Below are positions 20,349 through 30,006 of a stretch of 64,000 bases of DNA, piece by piece. The notes below the pieces were generated by a model. The model saw only the letters and a list, made by a program, of their open reading frames with translations, searched no databases and had not been told where the DNA came from. Origin of the DNA: Desulfobacterales bacterium (GTDB lineage: Bacteria > Desulfobacterota > Desulfobacteria > Desulfobacterales > UBA2174). The DNA lies in contig CAXXWC010000019.1 in NCBI GenBank assembly GCA_963668645.2, positions 640,001-704,000 of the forward strand, in the 5' to 3' direction. Both the position numbers and the translations under genes were made by a program. Numbering within the stretch: position 1 is the first letter of the stretch; every line of letters begins with the position of its first letter.

Positions 20349-21314
20349 TTATGATGAATGTTTTTCTAAGTGTTGCACCAATTCCGGAAGGATTTCGTAC
20401 AAGTCCCCCTCTACTGCCAAATCGGCCACTTTCATCATATTGGCCTCCCGGTCTTTGTTGATGGCAACAATATGTTTGGATGCCCCCATACCCGCTATGT
20501 GCTGAATGGCGCCCGATATTCCGCAAGCCACATAAAGGTTTGGGGTCACGACCTTACCCGTCTGCCCCACCTGGTGCTGCTGGCTACGCCATCCCGCATC
20601 CACAGCAGCCCGCGAAGCCCCTACCGCACCTTCCAGTGCATCTGCCAGTTGCTCGATCAGGGCGAAACCTTCCGCTTTACCCAATCCACGGCCTCCTGAA
20701 ACCACGATTTCCGCCTCGGTTAGTTCCGGTCGCACACTCTTCTGCAACTCCACCCCTTTCATCCTGACTTTGGGGGATGGGAGTTCAACTGTTAAGCGCC
20801 GTACCTGTCCTTCACCGCTTTTCGTTCTTATAGAAAAATTGTTGGGCCTCAGGGTAACCAGCTTCACCGCCGTGTCTATTTTTAGCTTGACGTTGATCTT
20901 TCCCGCATACAAAGGACGGATTAAACCGATTTCCTGCCCTTCAAGATCCATGGCGACGCAATCCGATGCCAAACCGGCGCCCATCCTCTCGGCTAGGCGG
21001 GGGACCAGATCTTTTCCCATGGCAGTATGGGCGAAAAGCACCCATTGGGAGCCCACCATCCGAATCATCTCTTCCAGCAGAAAGGTAAAACTTTCTGTGC
21101 AGTAAAAAGAAACAGCATCATCTTCGGCAATCATAATTTCATCGGCGCCATAGGCTGTCACCTCATCGACAAGGCCAGCTACCTTGCCGCCGATTAGGGC
21201 AACGACCAATCGCTCTCCCATACTGTCCGCAACAACCCGTCCCTGGCATACCGCCTCGCAGGCCGACTTTCGCAACAGGGCATCGCACGCTTCTGCAAAA
21301 ACAAAGACAGACAT
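20349..21314 (-). CDS. etfA: Electron transfer flavoprotein alpha subunit
   Basis: VSGGRG, GASRAAVDAGW, QVGQTGK, GISGAIQH. Confidence 0.94.
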   Translation of the reverse strand: MSVFVFAEACDALLRKSACEAVCQGRVVADSMGERLVVALIGGKVAGLVDEVTAYGADEIMIAEDDAVSFYCTESFTFLLEEMIRMVGSQWVLFAHTAMGKDLVPRLAERMGAGLASDCVAMDLEGQEIGLIRPLYAGKINVKLKIDTAVKLVTLRPNNFSIRTKSGEGQVRRLTVELPSPKVRMKGVELQKSVRPELTEAEIVVSGGRGLGKAEGFALIEQLADALEGAVGASRAAVDAGWRSQQHQVGQTGKVVTPNLYVACGISGAIQHIAGMGASKHIVAINKDREANMMKVADLAVEGDLYEILPELVQHLEKHSS

Positions 21315-21328
21315 CCCCTTTTCCCTCC

Positions 21329-22102
21329 CTATATTGCCTTGATTTCATCTTTCAGATATTGAATCAACTCCGTAACGACCTCCGCTGTCTCCCCGGAAAT
21401 CAACCGCCCCTTTTCCCTCGGTTCAGGGAAAACATACTCCACCACCCTCACCTGAGGTATAATCTCCTGTGGGGTTAGATCTAGGTCCGATAGCGATATG
21501 GATTTAATCGGCAGCCGGGAGGCCTTCATCACCAAACGCAAAGAAGGATACCGAACTTCATTGATCCCTTTTTGCACCGACAAAACCACCGGGAGTTTCA
21601 CTTCAAGCGACTCCGTTCCTCCGTCAACGTCCCTCCTGGCATCAACGACTCCGTCTGCAATTTGAAAATCAGAGACCACGTTGATTTGAGGCAGGTCCAA
21701 TATCTCGGCCAGACGTGAAGGCACCTGGGATGCAGCCATATCAACCGATTCCCGGCCGCAAAGAATCAAATCATAGTCCAGGCTGTTGATCGCCCGGCCA
21801 AGTACCAGAGCCACGCTGTGACTGTCCGCATCCTTCAGGGCGGGATCATTGACCAAAACCGCATGATCCACACCCATGGCCAGACATTGCTGCAAAGCGG
21901 AACGTGCCTTGTCAGTTCCGATTGTTACCGCCGTTATTTCACCACCCTCGCGTTCTTTGATGCGGATGGCTGTTTCCACGGCAAACTCGTCATAGGGATT
22001 CACAACCAAAAGCGCTTTGCTGTCATCAATTCGGCCGTTGTCTGTCAGACAAATCTTTGCTTCAGTATCAAATGTCTGCTTTACGCACACCACGATATTC
22101 AT
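21329..22102 (-). CDS. etfB: Electron transfer flavoprotein beta subunit
   Basis: MNIVVCVKQ, NPYDEFAVE, LAMGVD, NEVRYPSL; start at 22102, not the ORF-track extension. Confidence 0.94.
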   Translation of the reverse strand: MNIVVCVKQTFDTEAKICLTDNGRIDDSKALLVVNPYDEFAVETAIRIKEREGGEITAVTIGTDKARSALQQCLAMGVDHAVLVNDPALKDADSHSVALVLGRAINSLDYDLILCGRESVDMAASQVPSRLAEILDLPQINVVSDFQIADGVVDARRDVDGGTESLEVKLPVVLSVQKGINEVRYPSLRLVMKASRLPIKSISLSDLDLTPQEIIPQVRVVEYVFPEPREKGRLISGETAEVVTELIQYLKDEIKAI

Positions 22103-22110
22103 TTTCCCCC

Positions 22111-23322
22111 CTACAGTTCCAAAGCTTCCACAAGCAGCTCGGCGATATCTAATACCTTTATCCGGTTCTGCATTTGTAAGTCTCTGACCGCGTTGTGCAG
22201 CATAAGGTGACACCACGGACATGCTGTGGCGATCACATCGGCACCCGTCGCCAGCGCTTGCTCCACGCGCATGTCGGCAAGACGCTTTTCCTCCTCCATC
22301 TCGGCATACATCCGGCCACCACCACCACCGCAACAAAGGCTGTCCTTGCGATTCATGGGCATCTCGACAAATTTTATCCCCGGAAGTGCTTGGATAAGTT
22401 CTCTTGGCGCCTCATCGATACCGTTATGTTTTGCCAGATAACAGGGGTCATGATAGGTGACGGTGTGGGGTATCCTTTTTAAGAAATCCGGCCCCTTCGC
22501 CTTTATGCAGGAGGCTAAAAATTGCACATAGTGCTCGACCACAAATTCCTTTTTCAGATTTTCATATTTTTTGGTAAAAGCATTGAAACAGTGCGGCGAA
22601 ATCGTCACGATTCTTTTAATACCCGACGCTCTGAATTTTTCGACATTGCGACTGGTCATTTCCTGAAAAAGAAACTCATCGCCGAGACTGCGCACCGGAT
22701 CACCGCAACAGACTTCACTTTCCAAAACACCGAAGTCCACTTCGAAAAATTGCAAAAGTTTCACCAGGCTACGCGCCAAGCTGTGCAGTTCAGGTTCGTA
22801 GGACGCCGTGCAACCCACGTAGTAAAGGACTTCGGCCTTTTCGCCGGGAAGATTTTTTACCTTGATATCGCCCAGCCACGCCATCCGTTTATCAGGAGAC
22901 TCCCCATAGGGATTGCCGTATTTGTAAATTGACTCCAGTGCGTTTCGCTGCCCGGGCAAAGGCCCGATCATGCTCTCCAGCAAATACTTGCGTCCCGCCT
23001 CAATGACTTCCAAAAGCGGCATACCGGCGCTGACGCTGGCACATGTGATCTCACAGGTCCTGCATGTGGTACAGGCATAAACAATGTCGCGCAGATCCTT
23101 CCTATCCGTATCCGTCAGTTTGTCGCCCCACTTGACGGCATAGTAAAGGGACTGCAAAATTCCAGATGGCCCCTGCACCTGAAAGCCTATAGTGGAATCA
23201 AAATTCGGGCAGGCGGAAAAGCAAAAATTGCAGTTATAGCAACTGCTGCACACGTCCTCGATACGGTCAGTTAATGCTTTAATTTCAATGTCTTCGTTCA
23301 CAAATCGTTCTCCTTTGCCCAC
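22111..23322 (-). CDS. GlcF/HdrD-like iron-sulfur oxidoreductase (2x[4Fe-4S] + two CCG domains)
   Basis: CYNCNFCFSACP, CTTCRTCEITC, EVCCGD, YHDPCYL, CCGGGGG, TACPWC. Confidence 0.88.
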   Translation of the reverse strand: MGKGERFVNEDIEIKALTDRIEDVCSSCYNCNFCFSACPNFDSTIGFQVQGPSGILQSLYYAVKWGDKLTDTDRKDLRDIVYACTTCRTCEITCASVSAGMPLLEVIEAGRKYLLESMIGPLPGQRNALESIYKYGNPYGESPDKRMAWLGDIKVKNLPGEKAEVLYYVGCTASYEPELHSLARSLVKLLQFFEVDFGVLESEVCCGDPVRSLGDEFLFQEMTSRNVEKFRASGIKRIVTISPHCFNAFTKKYENLKKEFVVEHYVQFLASCIKAKGPDFLKRIPHTVTYHDPCYLAKHNGIDEAPRELIQALPGIKFVEMPMNRKDSLCCGGGGGRMYAEMEEEKRLADMRVEQALATGADVIATACPWCHLMLHNAVRDLQMQNRIKVLDIAELLVEALEL

Positions 23323-24752
23323 TACCGGTAGCCTTCAAGAATTCCCGGATTCAATATGTTGTTAGGGTCCATCATCTGTTTCAATCCCTTGATGATCCCG
23401 TATCCTGTCTTTCCATACTTGCGGATAAAAAACGGGGTCCGCACTGAAAATTGGCCCCATTCGCCGCCCGCGGTGTCATATTTAAGATTTAGTTCAGTTT
23501 CTTTTTGAAAAAGCTCCCTGACTGCCTCCCGTCTCTTGCCCTTGTCCCAGTTTCTGGGAATCAGTACCGAGGGATGCAGGGTCAAGGCCCCGATATGCCC
23601 ATAGATGTAATTTCGAAGTTCTCCCACTGTCGGAAGGTCCTTGTTGAAGTTAACGCAATCTTCCATGAACGGAACCAATTCTTTCAGGTTGGAGACCACC
23701 TCCACCGAATGAATCATATCCCCGCTCTGCTGCATCAAATAAGGCCCGATTACCTCACGAGCCCCCCAAATTTTGTGCCAGTCTTTTTCATCCGTGACGG
23801 CATAAGTGTCCGTGGCTTTTTCCGCTTCCATCGCTCGGAGAATTTGAGCCGTTTTTTCGGAGGCCTCCTTGCGGGAAAAGCCAGCCTCAATAAACAGCAC
23901 AATAGCGCCTTTGGGAGGCTCCAAGCCCTTGATTCCATAACCCAGTGCCGCAACGTCCTGGGCCATCATTTCCATGGCGACGGGAACCGGATGGTGTTCG
24001 GTAAATACCCGCTGAACTCCCCGGGCCATATCGCTCAAATTTGAAAATTCCGCTATCCCATATGACTGCTGGAAGTCAGGTACCAAAAGCATACGGATTT
24101 TCGTTACCACCCCCAGGATTCCGTCACTGCCGACAAATAATTTTCCGATGTCTGTTCCGGCAATTCGCCGCAAGCCTTTTGACCCGGTTTCGACGATCTG
24201 ACCGTCGGGTAAAACAACCTCAAGGCCCAGAACATAATCTCCGGGTTTTCCCATACAGGCATCAACCAGATGCCCACTCGTGTTATTGGCAATCAACCCT
24301 CCCATGGAAGCAATCAATCGACTCCCCGGCCATATCGGCAAAAAACAACCGATTCTCCCCAGCGCTTCGGCCACTTTTCCGGCTGTAATTCCCGGTTCAC
24401 ACTCAAAGTATCCGTAGTCTTCAAGAATCTCCAGTTTCTGCATACGGTGGGTATTGATCATGATACCGGGCCGGTGAGGTCGGCTGTGAGCAGAAAGCGA
24501 GGTTCCTGAAGCACGAACAAAAACAGGAGTCTTTTCTGAATTGGCATATTTTAAAATTGCACTGATTTCTTCTTTATCTTTCGGCATCACCACCACATAT
24601 GGGAGAATATCTTCTTCTACCTCATAGGCCCGCGGTACCGTGCAGTTTTTAATTTTTTCAAACAAACTCGTGGAAACATATTTGGCTGTCACGATTTCTT
24701 CCATCGCCTTGATTATGTTTTCAATATTGCTTTCTTGCCTGGAATTTATCAC
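23322..24752 (-). CDS. FAD-linked oxidoreductase, GlcD/D-2-hydroxyacid dehydrogenase family
   Basis: SMGGLIANN, VLGLEVVLPDG, FVGSDGILGVVT, DPNNILNPG; GTG start. Confidence 0.85.
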   Translation of the reverse strand: MINSRQESNIENIIKAMEEIVTAKYVSTSLFEKIKNCTVPRAYEVEEDILPYVVVMPKDKEEISAILKYANSEKTPVFVRASGTSLSAHSRPHRPGIMINTHRMQKLEILEDYGYFECEPGITAGKVAEALGRIGCFLPIWPGSRLIASMGGLIANNTSGHLVDACMGKPGDYVLGLEVVLPDGQIVETGSKGLRRIAGTDIGKLFVGSDGILGVVTKIRMLLVPDFQQSYGIAEFSNLSDMARGVQRVFTEHHPVPVAMEMMAQDVAALGYGIKGLEPPKGAIVLFIEAGFSRKEASEKTAQILRAMEAEKATDTYAVTDEKDWHKIWGAREVIGPYLMQQSGDMIHSVEVVSNLKELVPFMEDCVNFNKDLPTVGELRNYIYGHIGALTLHPSVLIPRNWDKGKRREAVRELFQKETELNLKYDTAGGEWGQFSVRTPFFIRKYGKTGYGIIKGLKQMMDPNNILNPGILEGYR

Positions 24753-24891
24753 CTTTTTCTCCTCATTTTAAATTTTGAAAAATCTTCGCTCGGCGAGCTT
24801 CAGAGAATATGGTCGCAATTAACGCCATCAGTTGGACGTGATCCGATTGCCTTCACCGGCATAGATTCTTTAAGCTACCAGCGGCCTAATT

Positions 24892-25003
24892 TTGACAATT
24901 TCGTAAAAAACTCAAAAAACGTCATCCCCCGATTTTTAGACTAATGATTTCAATTTGTTACGGCGATAAAAATTTCATAATCTTACGTTTACGAACGAGT
25001 CAA
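24892..25003. repeat. Short inverted-repeat-bounded element (MITE/REP-like) overlapping the iclR stop
   Basis: Ends TTGACaatTTCGTAAA and TTTACGAAcgaGTCAA form a 13/16 inverted repeat about 112 bp apart. Confidence 0.45.
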
Positions 25004-25779
25004 TCTTCATCAAGATAACCCAAACGCCTTGAAATTTTTTCAGCCGTATCTTTGACTGCAGGAATAAAACTATTTTCTATTTTCTCACTAACCATCCTGA
25101 ATGCCGGGCCGCTTAAACTGATGGCTGCAACGACCCTGCTGCTACTATCCCATACAGGCGCTGCGACACACCTGACATCCTTTTCGTGTTCGCAATCGTC
25201 AATGGCGTAGCCGACTTTCCGTATGTACGCCAAGTGAGCTTTCAATTCTTCGCTGTTGCATATCGTTTTTTGGGTATAGCGCTTCCGGGGGATTTTCTTT
25301 ATATACAAATCGAGTTCATCCTTTGGCAAATAAGCAAGCAACGCTTTGCCGACGCCTGTGCAATAGGCCGGTGCGACAATCCCGGTACCCGAGGCCATTC
25401 TTATGGCCTCGGGTCCCTCCACTTTATCCAAATAAAAAATCTGCAAATCCCTCAAAATAGCCAAGTGCACGGTTTCACGACACATTTCTGACAAATCGGA
25501 TATCAGCGTCATGGCCTCTTTGTGAAGATCGGTTTTGTTGAGATAGACACTTCCGATATGAAAAAGCCAGTGCGTGAGACTATACTCTTTGGTTTTCTCC
25601 TCTCTCCTTAAAAACCCGGCTCTTTCCAGGGAATAGAGAAGGCGCGTTACGGTGCTCCGGTTCAGTCCCAGTAATTTAGCCAGTTCACTGTTGGTATAAT
25701 ACGGTTTTGTCACACTAAAAGACTTCAGTATCTGGGCTGCTCGCAATACAGAATTTATCAAATACCGATCTTCAGACAT
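25000..25779 (-). CDS. IclR-family transcriptional regulator
   Basis: INSVLRAAQIL N-terminal HTH, ETVHLA, CTGVGKALLA, CVAAPV. Confidence 0.93.
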   Translation of the reverse strand: MSEDRYLINSVLRAAQILKSFSVTKPYYTNSELAKLLGLNRSTVTRLLYSLERAGFLRREEKTKEYSLTHWLFHIGSVYLNKTDLHKEAMTLISDLSEMCRETVHLAILRDLQIFYLDKVEGPEAIRMASGTGIVAPAYCTGVGKALLAYLPKDELDLYIKKIPRKRYTQKTICNSEELKAHLAYIRKVGYAIDDCEHEKDVRCVAAPVWDSSSRVVAAISLSGPAFRMVSEKIENSFIPAVKDTAEKISRRLGYLDED

Positions 25780-25917
25780 ATACTCTTTCCTCCTTTAAAT
25801 TCATAATTGAAGTCACGGCGGTTAATCTTCGCAGATTCAGCCGCGTCGATTGTGCCAAAAAGGCTACCGCCGCCCAGAGATGAGTTTTGCATAACACTTT
25901 TAAATCGGTACTAAAAA

Positions 25918-26136
25918 TCAGGTAAAGGAGCTGCATTTTAAGGTAACTCCGGATTCAGGATCTACACACTTCCAATCGAATTTCTCCATTAGAATCGGTA
26001 TGCGCAGACCGGTGATAATGTGCCATAAAACCCTTGCCAATCGTAGGATTAGTACGGACTGCCTGCCTTTAAAAGTACCCCAATAATGTATATCCGCCCA
26101 GCGAATAATATTGCCTGCTGCAAAAATTTCGGGCAA
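25918..26136 (-). pseudogene. Internally deleted remnant of a paralogue of the FAD oxidoreductase at 31641..32927
   Basis: LPEIFAAGNIIRWADIH..GR aligns with IPGVWAAGNVLRGANMH..GR; MEKFDW...LKC aligns with VERFDW...LTC. Confidence 0.65.
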
Positions 26137-26172
26137 CTATGATTTTCTTCTCTTCTGCAACGTTTACTCCCT

Positions 26173-26212
26173 TGAGTCAATGTCGTTAACTAAAGTTAAC
26201 GACATTGACTCA
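26173..26212. repeat. Near-perfect 40-bp palindrome (19-bp arms) just downstream of the TatD-like gene
   Basis: TGAGTCAATGTCGTTAACT-aa-AGTTAACGACATTGACTCA. Confidence 0.85.
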
Positions 26213-26222
26213 TCAGTACTGA

Positions 26223-27023
26223 TCACGACAGCCCATAAGCCGTTTCACAGTTTAAACAGCAAACCTTCTCGATAGCTTCATCGGAAATCCCTTTTCGTTT
26301 CATAGCCATTGCCGTTTTCGGTACGGATAAAGGATCGGAAGGCAAACCACTACAGTCACTGTTCACCATTACCCGCTCATAGCCGTGCTTTTGAATTGTT
26401 TCGGCCGCCATTTCGGGAGTGATGCCGCGCCATGGCTGTACGCTGACAGCCGCCCATGCACCGGCATCTATCACCATTTTAATGTTTGCTTCCGAGCAGT
26501 GGTCGACAACAACCTTGGATAGAGAAAGTCCCGCGTCTTTGCATAATTCTAGCATTTGTTGCGTATACTTTTTCTTCACATCGGAGGCATTCGGGGTGTG
26601 AAAATCAACACAGATTCCGACATCTGCGGCAATACGTAACTGGTTTCTTACAAAAGCTTCCTGCTGCTGCAAGTCTTTACAGGTATTGGAGTTCGGCTCA
26701 ATGCCAATCTCTCCGATGGCCACCACATCAGGACGCTTGAGATATTCTGGCAGTAGCTCATACAATCTTGCAGGATCTTCCTTGGGTGTACTCACCATGC
26801 TGATCCCGATCATACCGTAGGGTTCGATTAACTGACCTCTGGCTCTTGCGAATTCAATATCAAAAAGATAATCCCACACATCCTGGATCGTTTCACAACT
26901 TACGGCCTTTCCGGCAGCCAGTTGGACTGGAGAAACTATCTTTCTGACTCCTGACAAATACATTTGTTGCAAGCTGGACCACGATAGTGCATCAAGATGG
27001 GTATGCGAATCTGAATAATTCAT
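26223..27023 (-). CDS. TatD-related metal-dependent amidohydrolase-fold protein
   Basis: DSHTH, AIGEIG, FHTP, VVDH, VNSD metal ligands; start MNYSDSH. Confidence 0.82.
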   Translation of the reverse strand: MNYSDSHTHLDALSWSSLQQMYLSGVRKIVSPVQLAAGKAVSCETIQDVWDYLFDIEFARARGQLIEPYGMIGISMVSTPKEDPARLYELLPEYLKRPDVVAIGEIGIEPNSNTCKDLQQQEAFVRNQLRIAADVGICVDFHTPNASDVKKKYTQQMLELCKDAGLSLSKVVVDHCSEANIKMVIDAGAWAAVSVQPWRGITPEMAAETIQKHGYERVMVNSDCSGLPSDPLSVPKTAMAMKRKGISDEAIEKVCCLNCETAYGLS

Positions 27024-27036
27024 GTCAATTTTCTCC

Positions 27037-28311
27037 TTAGAACAAATTGGGCACGAATAAAACAACTGCAGGGCAATAGGTTACAATAATCAACACGATA
27101 AGAATCATCAAAGTCATCGGAAAAATTCGTCTGACCAGTGCGGGCAGTTCGATATTGCCAATGGAGCAGCAAACGTAAAGTACCGTTCCAACCGGCGGAG
27201 TGATCAACCCGAGACACAGATTGCAAACGACAATGACCCCAAAATGGATCGGATCAATACCGATCGATTGAGCCAGCGGGGCCATCACCGGGACAAGAAT
27301 AAAAAGTGCGGGAACCAAGTCGATGACACAGCCCACTACCAGCAAAAACAGGTTGATGCCGATCAAAACAACCAGCGGACTGACCTCTGCCTTGAAGACC
27401 ATATTGGCAATGTTCTGGGGAACCATGGAAATGGTCAAAAGCCAAGTCACGATCGATGCCGCTCCGCACACCAACATTACGATTGAAGTGTTTTTTCCTG
27501 CGCTCACAAAGGCAGGAAAAAACGCTTTGAGATCCATTTTGTAAATTGCCACGGCAATAAGCAGGGCATAAACGACCGCCACAGCACCAGCTTCGGTCGG
27601 TGTAAAAATTCCGCTCAGGATGCCCCCCAAAATAATAAAGGGAAGCATCAAAACCGGCAACGCCTTTACAAAAGCACCGGCAATGGCTTTTGCAGGCATC
27701 CGTTTTTCACGGGGATAATGGTGTTTATGTGAAACATAAGCGTTCATGACCAGGAGCACAACGCCGATCAGTATTCCTGGCACTGCACCTGCCAAAAAAA
27801 GCATCGCGATGGAAGTTCCCGAGATCATGCCATAGATGATCATTGGAATGCTGGGTGGGATAATCGGCCCCATCACAGCAGATGCAGAAGTAAGCGCACA
27901 AGCGTAATCCTTGTCGTATCCGGATTCTTCCATCATGGGAATCTCCAGCATCCCTAGGGCGGAGGTATCGGCCACTGCCGAACCGGTAACCCCGGCAAAC
28001 AGCATACTGGCTAAAACATTTACATACCCGAGTCCCCCTCTCAGCCATCCGACTATCGCATTTGCAAAAGTTAATATGTCCCGAATAATGCCGGCCCGAT
28101 TCATAATCTCGCCCGCCAGCATAAAAAAGGGAATGGCCATGAGTGTGAAACTGTCCACCCCGGAAACCATCCGACGGGCAACAATCATCGGTTCCGTGCT
28201 TCCGGAAAAAAACATGAGCATCAGGCCGGAGATCCCCAGGCAGAATCCTATGGGCAACCCGATGACAATGGTCACCGCAAGTACTGCCAAAAAAATGAAC
28301 AGTGTGATCAA
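27037..28311 (-). CDS. dctM: TRAP transporter large permease (second system)
   Basis: AIPFFMLAGEIM, GSAVAD, GPIIPPSI, FTPTEAG, TPPVG. Confidence 0.93.
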   Translation of the reverse strand: MITLFIFLAVLAVTIVIGLPIGFCLGISGLMLMFFSGSTEPMIVARRMVSGVDSFTLMAIPFFMLAGEIMNRAGIIRDILTFANAIVGWLRGGLGYVNVLASMLFAGVTGSAVADTSALGMLEIPMMEESGYDKDYACALTSASAVMGPIIPPSIPMIIYGMISGTSIAMLFLAGAVPGILIGVVLLVMNAYVSHKHHYPREKRMPAKAIAGAFVKALPVLMLPFIILGGILSGIFTPTEAGAVAVVYALLIAVAIYKMDLKAFFPAFVSAGKNTSIVMLVCGAASIVTWLLTISMVPQNIANMVFKAEVSPLVVLIGINLFLLVVGCVIDLVPALFILVPVMAPLAQSIGIDPIHFGVIVVCNLCLGLITPPVGTVLYVCCSIGNIELPALVRRIFPMTLMILIVLIIVTYCPAVVLFVPNLF

Positions 28312-28838
28312 TTGGCCACCTCTCTTTTTTGAACAGCCTGGATTAGATCGCGCAGGCCGACGATACCCATCAAAACTGCCAGCACCGGTACAACACCATA
28401 AATATAACTGTAAGGGATTTTAAAATATTCCGTTAATTGTACGGTGGTCAGTTCGGCCAGTTGCCAGCCCCCCACGACCAGATATAGGGAAAAAATTATC
28501 TCCAGAATTGCAGCGATGGCATCCGCCCATTTTCCGGCCGCCGGGTAAATCCGAGCGATCACATTGCCCATTCCAACGTGTGCTCTTTCCCACATACTTG
28601 ACACAATTGCAATGAAAGTTACCCATACGAAAGCAGCTCTGGAGACTTCATCAGCCCAATTGAGCGAACTGGAAAATATGTATCGACCGAGAATATTACA
28701 AAATACGGTGGCAACCATAACGAACAACAAAATACAGACCATTATCCGCATAATCATGGTAAGCATACTGAAAAGCTTATCTACCCATCGAAGCGCTGCA
28801 ATCTTCTGCCCGGATCCGGTAACCCCTTTCTCCATCAT
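28308..28838 (-). CDS. dctQ: TRAP transporter small permease (second system)
   Basis: 4 TM segments, RY..., WADEVSR. Confidence 0.9.
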   Translation of the reverse strand: MMEKGVTGSGQKIAALRWVDKLFSMLTMIMRIMVCILLFVMVATVFCNILGRYIFSSSLNWADEVSRAAFVWVTFIAIVSSMWERAHVGMGNVIARIYPAAGKWADAIAAILEIIFSLYLVVGGWQLAELTTVQLTEYFKIPYSYIYGVVPVLAVLMGIVGLRDLIQAVQKREVAN

Positions 28839-28983
28839 ACATGTTTCTCCTTACTTTATTCGATCGTATACAAGCTCTCTTGCAGTTTTATGGGCACCGG
28901 TCAAGTTAAACATCAGTAAAGATCCTTTTCGATCACCCAAGAGATAGCCCCCCTCCCACCCTGTTCCTATTATTTTTTAGTAA

Positions 28984-30006
28984 CTATTTTACATTTTCAA
29001 TATCTTCCAAAACTTTTTTACCCCATGGATATTTTGCACAGAAGCTATTGATTATGTCTTGACTAGCATCTTTAAAGGGCTTTTTCTCCTCTTCGCTCAA
29101 TTGGATAATTTCTATCCCGTACTTATCGTTATACCATTTCTCGGTCTTGGCCTCTTCCGCTTTTAATATCTTATTTGTGTAGGCAATGGAGGCTGCAGTT
29201 GATTCTCGCAAGGCGCGTTGATAATCTGCCGGTAATTTGTCGAACCACTTCTTGTTAACCGAATAAAAATTTGGGAAAACCATAATCGTCATTTTGGTAA
29301 TGTATTTCGTTTGATCGGCCCAGCCCATGTTCTTGAAATTCAGAATCGAATTAGGAGCACCGTCCACGATGCCCTGCTGCAGAGCCGTATATGTTTCTGT
29401 CAGGGGGAGTGGAGTAGCGGACATACCTATTGCCTTGACAGCATTGATAATAGAATCCGATTGCCAAACCCTAACCCTCAGGCCTTTGCAATCCGCAAGA
29501 GTTCGAAGAGGGCGTTTGTTATTTGCGAAATGCACTTCACCTTGAGAAAAGGCACCGATCATTTCCACACCGATTTTGGCGTATTCTTCTTCGATTTTCT
29601 TTCCGAAAGGTCCCTGGAACACCTTAAGCATATGGTCGACATTTCTGAAAACAAAAGGCAATTCAAACACCTTCATTTCGGGGATGGTATTCTGAAGCAG
29701 ACCGCCAAAGATGGCCATTTCGATGGTGCCCGCTCGTGTTCCTTCTATAAACTCCATCTCGCCACCAAGCTGGCAACTGTCAAAGACGTTCACCTTCACT
29801 TTACCATCGGTTTTTTTCTCGACCATCGGCACAAAACATTCCCTCAGAGCGATACTGGCGGCATGGTCGGTTCCGAAATAGGTAGCCATTTTAATTGTCC
29901 AGGTTTTGGCTTCAGCTTGACCGAATGCCGCGACCATGGTGCTCGCTACAAAAAGAAAAACAAAGGAACAGCAAACCTTGACTGTAAGCCGGTTAGTCTG
30001 GATCAT
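28984..30006 (-). CDS. dctP: TRAP substrate-binding protein (second system)
   Basis: Signal peptide; QLGGE, ELPFVF, GLRVRV, ETYTALQQGIVDG. Confidence 0.92.
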   Translation of the reverse strand: MIQTNRLTVKVCCSFVFLFVASTMVAAFGQAEAKTWTIKMATYFGTDHAASIALRECFVPMVEKKTDGKVKVNVFDSCQLGGEMEFIEGTRAGTIEMAIFGGLLQNTIPEMKVFELPFVFRNVDHMLKVFQGPFGKKIEEEYAKIGVEMIGAFSQGEVHFANNKRPLRTLADCKGLRVRVWQSDSIINAVKAIGMSATPLPLTETYTALQQGIVDGAPNSILNFKNMGWADQTKYITKMTIMVFPNFYSVNKKWFDKLPADYQRALRESTAASIAYTNKILKAEEAKTEKWYNDKYGIEIIQLSEEEKKPFKDASQDIINSFCAKYPWGKKVLEDIENVK

